DNA of 35,874 nt. Origin: an uncultured Peptococcaceae bacterium. GTDB taxonomy: Bacteria; Bacillota; Peptococcia; Peptococcales; Peptococcaceae. The stretch is from contig USCP01000001.1 of the NCBI GenBank assembly GCA_900553245.1, forward strand, positions 1 to 35,874, read 5' to 3'. The position numbers and the translations under genes are program-made. The notes under the pieces were generated by a model. The model was not told the DNA's origin. It saw only the letters and a list, made by a program, of their open reading frames with translations, and did not search any database. Positions 8,622-15,383 of this stretch are shown here, piece by piece (the stretch's first letter is position 1; every line of letters starts with the position of its first letter).

Positions 8622-9537
8622 GACGGGCCTCCTTTTTCAACTGCATAAAATACTCTTCCAATGAGTACTGATGCCATTCCATGGCGGTCACATCAATTCT
8701 ATTAGTCGCTGCTAAACGGCTGTAGTATTCTCGCGCTTCTTTCGGCGCAAAAATATGAATGTCTCCATTTGGAAATACCTTGTAGGATTCCCCCGGGCAG
8801 TGCAAATCTAAGAGGGCTGCATATTTTGCACAGTCGCTTACTTGCAAAGCCAAATAATCAGCACATTTTGCTTGCAATTCTTCGGCACTGATTTCTTGCA
8901 GTAAATGCCCATGATCTAAAAAACCAAAGGTCGTCGCTGTTTGCTGAAGTTCGCTGAGAATATGGCTAGAAAGAAGAATCGTCATCTTCTTCTCTTCATT
9001 TAAGCGTTGTAACAACATTCTCAATTCAACGATTCCACTTGGGTCAAGTCCGTTAATTGGTTCATCGAGAATCAACAACTCCGGTTCTCCTAAAATAGCC
9101 AAACCAATGCCCAAGCGTTTTTTCATTCCCATCGAGAGGCCCTTCGCTTTACTTTTTCGTTTGTCCCAGAGATTCACCGTCTTTAACACCTGTTCCACAG
9201 CTTCTTTTTTCGGCACGCCCTTAAGGCGTCGATAATATTCCATATTTGCTTCAACCGTTAGCTCTGGAAAAAATCCCACCTCTTCAATCAATGCCCCCAC
9301 ATGATGACGCGCCTTTTGCAAGGCTTTCTTCTCACAGGCACCCAAAAGCGTCATTTCCCCATTATCAGCAAAAATATGTCCAACTAAAAGTTTTAACAAC
9401 GTACTCTTACCGGCACCGTTATCACCGATTAAACCATAAATTTCTCCTTGCTTCACATGAATGGACACACCATCTAATGCCTTCACACGACCAAACCGCT
9501 TTTCTATTTCACGTGTTTCTATTGCATACGCTTTCAT
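8614..9537 (-). CDS. ABC transporter ATP-binding protein (ABC-2 / bacitracin-lantibiotic export type)
   Basis: I place the start at the ATG at 9535-9537 (MKAYAIETREIEKRFG), 7 nt after AAGGAGG. It has Walker A GDNGAGKST, signature LSMGMKKRL and Walker B LLILDEP. 307 aa. Confidence 0.88.
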   Translation of the reverse strand: MKAYAIETREIEKRFGRVKALDGVSIHVKQGEIYGLIGDNGAGKSTLLKLLVGHIFADNGEMTLLGACEKKALQKARHHVGALIEEVGFFPELTVEANMEYYRRLKGVPKKEAVEQVLKTVNLWDKRKSKAKGLSMGMKKRLGIGLAILGEPELLILDEPINGLDPSGIVELRMLLQRLNEEKKMTILLSSHILSELQQTATTFGFLDHGHLLQEISAEELQAKCADYLALQVSDCAKYAALLDLHCPGESYKVFPNGDIHIFAPKEAREYYSRLAATNRIDVTAMEWHQYSLEEYFMQLKKEARHA

Positions 9538-9590
9538 TGAAAGGCCTCCTTTACCTGCCATATCTCAACTCTAATAATTATTACAGTCTT

Positions 9591-9634
9591 AGTATATTGA
9601 TTGGCCCTTCAAAAAGTCCGCAAGCAACCTTCAA
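9591..9634 (-). promoter_or_regulatory. Candidate response-regulator-dependent promoter for the ABC transporter/kinase genes
   Basis: On the minus strand, directly after the regulator stop codon, there are two direct repeats TTnTTGAAGG (core TTGAAGG at 9628-9634 and 9606-9612). Their spacing is exactly 22 nt. A TATACT -10-like hexamer (9591-9596) follows, with no good -35. This layout is typical of OmpR/PhoB-family activated promoters. Confidence 0.3.
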
Positions 9635-9641
9635 GAAAACG

Positions 9642-10331
9642 TCAACTTTTCTCCAGGCGAAAACCAATACCGTATACCGATTGAATATAGCCTTCATCAG
9701 GGTCATATTGCTTGATTTTCTTACGTAAATTACTGATATGCACGCTAATGGTATGATCAGCACCATAATACCCTTCCTGCCAAATGAGCTCATAGAGACG
9801 CTCTTTAGAATACACCTTCTCCGGATTTTCTAAAAGCACTCTCAATATATCGTATTCTTTTGCAGTTAAAGTCAATTCTTCTCCAGCCACACACACCTTA
9901 TGCAACTCCACATCCATAGAAAGTTTTTTATAGGTAAGCACCGGATGTTGAATCATCTGAGCACCCGTGCGACGCAATGCAGCACGCACACGTGCTATCA
10001 CTTCCATCGGTTCAAAAGGTTTTGTAATATAGTCATCTGCACCAATATCCAATAGCGCGACCTTGTCTTTCACACCCGACTTGGCTGAAATGACAATCAC
10101 CGGACAGTCCGCCATGAAATCATCACGCATTTTTTTCAATACTTCTTCACCTGATAGCCCCGGAAGCATCAAATCCAAAACCATGAGAAGCGGCAATTCT
10201 TTTTCCAAGCGCATCATTGCTTCTGTACCGGAAAATGCTTGAATCACGGAAAATCCCTCATTTTCAAGCATACGCTTCAACAGCGCATTGATATCGCTGT
10301 CATCTTCTACAATCAAGATTGATTTCTGCAT
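9642..10331 (-). CDS. OmpR/PhoB-family response regulator
   Basis: 229 aa. The receiver domain has MQKSILIVEDD and LMVLDLMLPG (the phospho-acceptor Asp context). The C-terminus is a winged-helix output domain (LTAKEYDILRVLLENP...VHISNLRKKI...IQSVYGIGFRL). Confidence 0.9.
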   Translation of the reverse strand: MQKSILIVEDDSDINALLKRMLENEGFSVIQAFSGTEAMMRLEKELPLLMVLDLMLPGLSGEEVLKKMRDDFMADCPVIVISAKSGVKDKVALLDIGADDYITKPFEPMEVIARVRAALRRTGAQMIQHPVLTYKKLSMDVELHKVCVAGEELTLTAKEYDILRVLLENPEKVYSKERLYELIWQEGYYGADHTISVHISNLRKKIKQYDPDEGYIQSVYGIGFRLEKS

Positions 10332-10418
10332 AGTTTCATCTCCCTTCCATTTACCTATTTATTATTGTAATACACGTCCATCTTCCTGAACATGCAAGAA
10401 ATATTCAATTTTCGCCAT

Positions 10419-10465
10419 AAAAAAACGTCTCTGCAACAGACCATGTCCATTGCAGAGACGTTTTT
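10419..10465. terminator. Bidirectional intrinsic terminator downstream of the 55-aa gene
   Basis: A 12-bp stem (acgtctctgcaa 10425-10436 pairs with ttgcagagacgt 10450-10461) flanked by an A7 run and a T5 run. Confidence 0.75.
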
Positions 10466-10474
10466 ATATTAAAA

Positions 10475-10642
10475 TCAAAAATCAACACTAAAAGCTTCTG
10501 CTTCCTTTACATTTTTGCGCTTCATTTCTGCTTCAAGTTCTTCAAGAACCACTTCAATTTCAGAGTGACCATACCCTGCCAATTGCATAGCCGCAATGCA
10601 GTACCCTTTACATGCTTCGTTAGACCATTTTTGTTCTTCCAT
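10475..10642 (-). CDS. Hypothetical small protein, 55 aa (below the ORF-track length cut-off)
   Basis: Hand translation: MEEQKWSNEACKGYCIAAMQLAGYGHSEIEVVLEELEAEMKRKNVKEAEAFSVDF. The ATG at 10640-10642 lies 8 nt after a perfect AGGAGG. It has its own promoter (10715-10743) and terminator (10419-10465). I do not recognise the family. Confidence 0.5.
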   Translation of the reverse strand: MEEQKWSNEACKGYCIAAMQLAGYGHSEIEVVLEELEAEMKRKNVKEAEAFSVDF

Positions 10643-10714
10643 TTTTTATCCTCCTAATCGTCCCAGACCGAAAATGTTTTTCTCCCACGGTCATTCGGGG
10701 GTGAAGTTGTTTCC

Positions 10715-10743
10715 ATTATACGCACAACCCCAAGAAATATCAA
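10715..10743 (-). promoter_or_regulatory. Near-consensus sigma-A promoter driving the 55-aa gene
   Basis: On the minus strand: TTGATA (10738-10743), a 17-nt spacer, then TATAAT (10715-10720). The predicted leader is about 65 nt. Confidence 0.5.
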
Positions 10744-11020
10744 CCTTAACTTTGCTCAAAATGTCCTGTATCTACTTATTTCATAAAAAGTCACAAACTG
10801 TTCTCGATATTGATTGTAAATGATTTTTCGTCTATACTTAGGCGTGAAAACAATATGATACTTACACATCCATTTTGTATGTGAAAGACTATTTGTTTGA
10901 TTAGCCATAAAAACACTCCTTCCATTTAGCAATGTAACCTGAACACTTACATTATACTGGAAGGAGTGTTTTTGCGTATAACGCCTTGACTCCACCCGCA
11001 TAGCGGGTGGTTTTTTATTT
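10744..11020 (-). mobile_element. IS200 remnant (left end plus truncated tnpA); boundaries approximate
   Basis: It retains the IS200-type architecture. There is a GC-rich hairpin near the end (ccacccgc-ata-gcgggtgg, 10992-11010). There is also a long hairpin whose perfect 16-bp stem (10909-10924 with 10958-10973, plus an inner 7-bp stem 10931-10937/10947-10953) buries the tnpA Shine-Dalgarno AAGGAG. The right-hand end may extend towards about 10650. Confidence 0.6.
10756..10908 (-). pseudogene. tnpA: IS200/IS605-family TnpA (Y1 transposase), N-terminal fragment only
   Basis: From the ATG at 10906-10908 the sequence reads MANQTNSLSHTKWMCKYHIVFTPKYRRKIIYNQYR, the highly conserved IS200 TnpA N-terminus. 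It then diverges and stops after 50 codons. Full-length TnpA is about 150 aa. Confidence 0.8.
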
Positions 11021-11061
11021 CACGCGCTCTCGCGCGCTCAACAGGGTCACGACCCACAAAT

Positions 11062-11088
11062 AAAAAAGGACATCTCAAGGAGATGTCC
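11062..11088 (-). terminator. Intrinsic terminator after asd
   Basis: A 9-bp stem (ggacatctc 11068-11076 pairs with gagatgtcc 11080-11088) followed on the minus strand by TTTTTT (A-run 11062-11067). Confidence 0.7.
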
Positions 11089-11108
11089 AAATACATTTAT
11101 GAAGCAAA

Positions 11109-12119
11109 TTAAATCCAGTCGTTTTCAAGCAACAATTCCGCGATTTGCACTGCATTAGCAGCCGCACCCTTACGAATTTGGTCGAAGCATACCCACATAT
11201 TCAAACCATTTTCGACATAAAGGTCATTACGCACGCGACCAACGTAGATATCATCGGTGTTTGCAGTATCTACCGGCATTGGATACACGTTTTCACGTGG
11301 ATTATCCTTTACGATCACACGAGGTGCCGCTTCAAGCAATTCACGTGCTTCATCGGCAGTGATTACATCTTCGGTTTCAAGATAGATGGATTCAGCATGG
11401 CTTCTGAATACAGGTACACGCACAGCAGTAGGAGTGATTTGAATGTCGTTGTCTTCCAAAATCTTGTGGGTTTCATGAACGAGTTTCATTTCTTCCTTAG
11501 TATAATCTTCTTCTTGCCATACATCAATGTGCGGAATCAAGTTGAAAGCAATTTGATGTTGGAATGCGGAAGGATGGATTGGTTCGCCATCAAGCACTTG
11601 ACGCGCTTGTTCGGTCAATTCATCCAAGCCAGCCTTACCAGCGCCGGAAACTGCCTGATAAGTACTTACAACCACGCGCTTAATACGGGATTTTCTATAA
11701 ATTGGGTTTAACGCGCCAACCATCAAAATGGTAGAGCAATTAGGATTTGCAATCAAACCTTGGTGGTTCTTTGCCGCATGACCATTTACTTCTGGAATAA
11801 TCAGCGGTACATCATCTTCAAGGCGGAAAGTAGAGCTGTTATCAATAACAACAACACCTTGAGATTGCGCATAGCGACCAAATTCACGGCTTGCAGTACC
11901 ACCTGCGAAGAGTGCCAAACCAACGCCTTCGAAAGATTCCTTGGTAGTTTCTTCTACCACATAATCTTTGCCTTGAAAGTTAATAATTTTTCCGGCACTT
12001 CTGGAGCTTGCAAGCATTTTTAAGCTCTTATATGGGAATTTATGTTCATCAATAACTTTTAACAATTCTTGACCAACAGCACCGGTTGCACCAACAATAG
12101 CTACGTTTAATTCTTTCAT
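11109..12119 (-). CDS. asd: Aspartate-semialdehyde dehydrogenase
   Basis: 336 aa. It has the N-terminal NADP-binding motif VAIVGATGAVGQE, a catalytic Cys context NPNCSTI and a His context SHAES. Confidence 0.95.
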   Translation of the reverse strand: MKELNVAIVGATGAVGQELLKVIDEHKFPYKSLKMLASSRSAGKIINFQGKDYVVEETTKESFEGVGLALFAGGTASREFGRYAQSQGVVVIDNSSTFRLEDDVPLIIPEVNGHAAKNHQGLIANPNCSTILMVGALNPIYRKSRIKRVVVSTYQAVSGAGKAGLDELTEQARQVLDGEPIHPSAFQHQIAFNLIPHIDVWQEEDYTKEEMKLVHETHKILEDNDIQITPTAVRVPVFRSHAESIYLETEDVITADEARELLEAAPRVIVKDNPRENVYPMPVDTANTDDIYVGRVRNDLYVENGLNMWVCFDQIRKGAAANAVQIAELLLENDWI

Positions 12120-12138
12120 TTCACACTCTCCTTAAACT

Positions 12139-12941
12139 TTAGTCTTCAAACATCAAAGTATCCAAGCCTTCTACCAAACCCACGCGACCTTCCACGCGCT
12201 TTGCTGCATAAACAATCCCAGGCATAAAGGATTCACGGTTGATAGAATCATGACGGATGGTCAAGGTTTGCCCCAAACCACCGAAAATAACTTCTTGATG
12301 GGCATTATACCCAGGCATACGAACACTGTGAATATGCATCCCTTGAACATTTGCACCACGTGCACCCACAAGGGTTTCCACTTCGCCAGGCAAGCCTTGT
12401 TCATGCGCTTCACGCACCTTTGCAATGCGGTTAGCGGTTACAATCGCGGTCCCGGATGGGGCATCCTTCTTTTGATCGTGATGGAATTCGATAATTTCTA
12501 CTTCCGGCATGAACTTTGCTGCTTCTTCGGCAAAACGCATCATGAGCACCGCACCAATTGCAAAGTTAGCAGCATAGAAGAAGCACTTATTATGCTGTTT
12601 AGCAATTTTACCAAATTCTTCCAATTCTTCATGCTTCACACCGGTGGTCCCACTTACTAAGTGAACCCCATGATTTAAGGTGATTGGTGCATTTTGTCGG
12701 AAAGCGTCTGCATTGGTAAAATCAATCACTAAATCCACATCATAACTATTTAATGCAGTATCCAAATCAGCTACCACAGGAATATCTTTATTTTCTACAG
12801 TAATAGTCGTGGGTTCATCAACCAAACCAACCCCAAAAATTACTTCCAATTCAGCATCATTAGTAACCGCCTTGAGAATTTCTCTCCCCATCTTACCGGG
12901 TTCACTTTACCCCCACCCCCACCACCACAAATACCAGCCAT
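12139..12941 (-). pseudogene. dapB: 4-hydroxy-tetrahydrodipicolinate reductase (DapB) with the frame broken 15 codons after the start
   Basis: The 250-aa ORF (12139-12891) is a DapB lacking its N-terminal Gly-rich NAD(P)-binding strand. It contains EIIEFHHDQKKDAPSGTA and a GTTG motif. The real start, the ATG at 12939-12941, is 8 nt after AAGGAGG and reads MAGICGGGGGGKVNP in another frame. The span is 803 nt and not a multiple of 3. Confidence 0.85.
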
Positions 12942-12989
12942 TATGACGGCCTCCTTTTCTTTTGCCCTCAGCCACAAAGTGCAAGTTAC

Positions 12990-13210
12990 AAAAAAAGCCA
13001 CAGGATATACCTGTGGTAATGCATACTCCGAATAAACGTCTAGAATACAGCACAACGACGGAATTCCTCCGTCGACAGCTCTAAACCTATTGAGTTCAGG
13101 TCCAGCCGCTAACAAAAAAGTGCTTCGCGACTTCGGCGAAAACGCCCTCAAATTGGAATCATCAATGCTTTTTCATCTCCGCCAATCTTCCTTCGTGCCC
13201 GCGCCTCTGC
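12990..13210 (-). promoter_or_regulatory. Lysine riboswitch (L-box) with terminator expression platform, leader of dapB-asd
   Basis: The minus-strand leader contains the hallmark L-box blocks in order: AGAGGCGC (13201-13208), GAGGGCGTTTTCGCCGAAG, GGCTGGA and GAGCTGTCGACGGAGGAATTCCGTCG. An intrinsic terminator follows, CCACAGGTATATCCTGTGG plus T7 (12990-13016). These match my memory of the B. subtilis lysC and T. maritima L-box elements. Confidence 0.8.
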
Positions 13211-13310
13211 ATTGCCTTAGACAAAGTATATTTAATTGATTTCCTATTCAAATTATCATAGCTACAGAAAATTGTCAACCAAATCACATCGACTTGCTTA
13301 TTAAATCCTC

Positions 13311-14056
13311 TTATTTCCTAGGTTTTCTATGTTTTTCTATAAAAGCTAGCACTTCAAAAAGCATGCCATCGGTCACGACATGTCCTGCATCGGAAAAAAT
13401 GATTTGTGATACATTTTCCAGCATACTTTCTCTACAAAACTGCACATTATAATTCGCCGGCAATGTTTGGTCCAAGGCACCGTTCGTTAACAGCACGGGT
13501 TGTGTCATTCCTTGTTTTTTCCAGCATTCTGGATTATAAGGGGTAAGACGTTCTGTAAGCGCCTCAAACGGCTCACTTTTCACAATATCAAGAGACTGAT
13601 TCGGAAATACTCCCGCCATGATTGCTTCATACGCATGCCATTGTGCGGTACTATTCATCGCCACAAACCCATCCACATGCATCGCATTTTCTGCTGCCGC
13701 CCCTAAGGCAATCATGCCCCCAAAGAATGGCCAACTACAAATCTGGACCGATCCGATGCCAGTCCCTGATCAATAAGGCAATTAGCCTCATGGATGCTTT
13801 GTAAAAGCACCTCTAAAAACATTACAGCACTGTCCGGCGCATCATAATCACAAATCCCACGCTCTCCGTGCAGTGCAATCTCCGGTACAAGCACCCGATA
13901 TCCAAACCCCGCTAACAACTTTGCACGAAAGCACTGCTTGGTGGCATGAGACCCCCAACCGTGATAGAGCAAAAGATCGGCTTTAATATCTTCGTTTTCA
14001 GGAATAATTTCAAAACAAGGAATGTCGTTAACAATGATTTTTCTTTGTTTAAACAC
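13311..14056 (-). pseudogene. Alpha/beta-fold hydrolase (esterase-like) with a 1-nt frameshift in the nucleophile-elbow codons
   Basis: ORF 13712-14056 ends ...RFVVGHSLGA*. ORF 13311-13715 begins MIALGAAAEN. Joined, they give the classic GHSLGG-MIALGAAA elbow. The shift lies in a C5 run on + (13717-13721, G5 on the coding strand). One extra G restores a 248-aa protein. Confidence 0.8.
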
Positions 14057-14066
14057 AACAAACCAC

Positions 14067-14534
14067 CTACTTTAAATATGGATACCCCAATTGACGTTCC
14101 GCTTCCATAAGAACAATGCCTACACTGGTTGCCAAGTTAAAGCAACGCGCTTCTTCATTTTGAATCATCGGAATACGGCATTGGTTTTCACCAAAAAGAG
14201 CATGTACATCATCCGGCACTCCGGCATCCTCACGACCGAATACAATATAATCGCCGTCATGGAATTCAAACTCAGAATGTGCTTTAGTGGCATGGCTACT
14301 CATCAACACCATGCGCGCCCCTTTATTTTGCTCTAAAAACTCCTCAAAACTATCATAGGTTGTAATATCGGTTTGATGCCAGTAGGTCAATCCTGCGCGT
14401 TTTAATTTGCTTTCATCAATCTTAAACCCCATAGGCCCAATCAAATGCAAACGACTACCGGTTACGAAACAAGAACGCGCCACATTCCCCGTATTTTGTG
14501 GAATTCTTGGTTGATACAATACAATATTTAACAA
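14067..14534 (-). CDS. trmL: tRNA (cytidine/uridine-2'-O)-methyltransferase TrmL (SPOUT family)
   Basis: I place the start at the TTG at 14532-14534, 8 nt after AAGGAG, giving MLNIVLYQPRIPQNTGNVARSC... (155 aa). This is the canonical TrmL N-terminus. The ORF-track start at 14576 adds 14 residues with no RBS. Confidence 0.85.
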   Translation of the reverse strand: MLNIVLYQPRIPQNTGNVARSCFVTGSRLHLIGPMGFKIDESKLKRAGLTYWHQTDITTYDSFEEFLEQNKGARMVLMSSHATKAHSEFEFHDGDYIVFGREDAGVPDDVHALFGENQCRIPMIQNEEARCFNLATSVGIVLMEAERQLGYPYLK

Positions 14535-14615
14535 TGGATCCACTCCTTCAAAATTTAATAATATCGTGCAAAGCACACCTCGTTGCGCTAGAATAAAAGC
14601 AAGAGGTGATTATAA

Positions 14616-15323
14616 ATGAACAAACAATTAGAAGCAATCATCAATGATTCATCCCGCATTGTCTTCTTTGGTGGCGCCGGCGTATCTACCGAAAGCGGTA
14701 TTCCGGATTTTCGTAGTAAAGACGGACTTTATCATCAAAAAGGCTTTAAATACGAACCAGAGTACATGCTAAGCCGCACTTTTTTCGATACCCATACTGA
14801 GGAATTCTTCGAATTTTATCGCGCAAAAATGATTGCACCCAATGACGGGCCAAGTGCCGTTCACTACAAACTCGCAGAAATGGAAAAAGAAGGAAAACTC
14901 TCTTCTATTATCACCCAGAACATTGATGGGCTGCATCAATTAGCCGGTAGCCAAAACGTCTTTGAACTTCACGGATCTGTTATGCGTAATTATTGCATGA
15001 AGTGTCATACCTTCTACGACCTTGATACAATCAAACATTCAAACGGCATCCCTTTGTGCTCTAAAGACGGCGGCATTATTAAACCGGATGTTGTGCTTTA
15101 CGAAGAAGGTCTTGACGATCAGGTTTTGAGCGGTGCACTTCGAGAAATTCAACTTGCAGATACACTCATCATTGCCGGCACTTCATTAGCCGTGTATCCG
15201 GCAGCCGGATTGATTCAATATTTCAACGGTAAGCATTTGGTTGTCATTAACCGCGATGCAACCCCACAGGACAAAAATGCCGAATTGGTCATCCATGACC
15301 GCATTAGCCAAGCATTATTATAA
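14616..15323 (+). CDS. cobB: NAD-dependent protein deacetylase, Sir2 family
   Basis: 235 aa. It has GAGVSTESGIPDFRS, TQNIDGLH, a catalytic His in FELHGS, and a CxxC...C zinc-ribbon context (CMKCH...LCSKDG). Confidence 0.9.
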   Translation: MNKQLEAIINDSSRIVFFGGAGVSTESGIPDFRSKDGLYHQKGFKYEPEYMLSRTFFDTHTEEFFEFYRAKMIAPNDGPSAVHYKLAEMEKEGKLSSIITQNIDGLHQLAGSQNVFELHGSVMRNYCMKCHTFYDLDTIKHSNGIPLCSKDGGIIKPDVVLYEEGLDDQVLSGALREIQLADTLIIAGTSLAVYPAAGLIQYFNGKHLVVINRDATPQDKNAELVIHDRISQALL

Positions 15324-15344
15324 CAAATTTTCTCCTAAAAAGAA

Positions 15345-15383
15345 AAATCGCTTAACCTCAAATCGAGATTAAGCGATTTTTTT
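15345..15383. terminator. Bidirectional terminator between the convergent cobB and rny genes
   Basis: An 11-bp stem (aaatcgcttaa 15345-15355 pairs with ttaagcgattt 15369-15379) flanked by A-rich and T7 runs. Confidence 0.75.

Noticed and set aside
9246-9793. ORFs 9246-9728 (+, 160 aa) and 9581-9793 (-, 70 aa) spanning the ATPase/regulator junction
   Set aside because: They overlap well-supported genes in other frames or on the other strand. They have no RBS and no motifs.
10475-10642. The 55-aa peptide as a lantibiotic or bacteriocin precursor matched to the neighbouring immunity-type ABC/two-component module
   Set aside because: It has no leader/core organisation, no double-glycine or FNLD-type leader motif, and a highly charged helical C-terminus with only two Cys and few Ser/Thr. 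No modification or export genes are nearby.
10596-10823. A 75-aa + strand ORF across the small-gene leader and IS200 relic
   Set aside because: It is antisense to the 55-aa gene start, its promoter and the tnpA fragment. It has no RBS and no recognisable motifs.
12840-13151. A 103-aa ORF upstream of dapB
   Set aside because: Most of it overlies the lysine riboswitch and its terminator. Only its last ~34 codons, from the ATG at 12939-12941, are coding: the first 15 (MAGICGGGGGGKVNP) are the true dapB N-terminus and the rest is out-of-frame read-through into dapB.
14616-15323. The Sir2-domain protein (and the DinG-like helicase at 30181-32955) as parts of an anti-phage defence system (SIR2-HerA / DSR / Thoeris-like)
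   Set aside because: The Sir2 protein is a 235-aa stand-alone CobB-type deacetylase with a Zn ribbon and no partner gene. DinG has the standard Bacillota exonuclease-helicase architecture. The two are 15 kb apart and surrounded by housekeeping genes.
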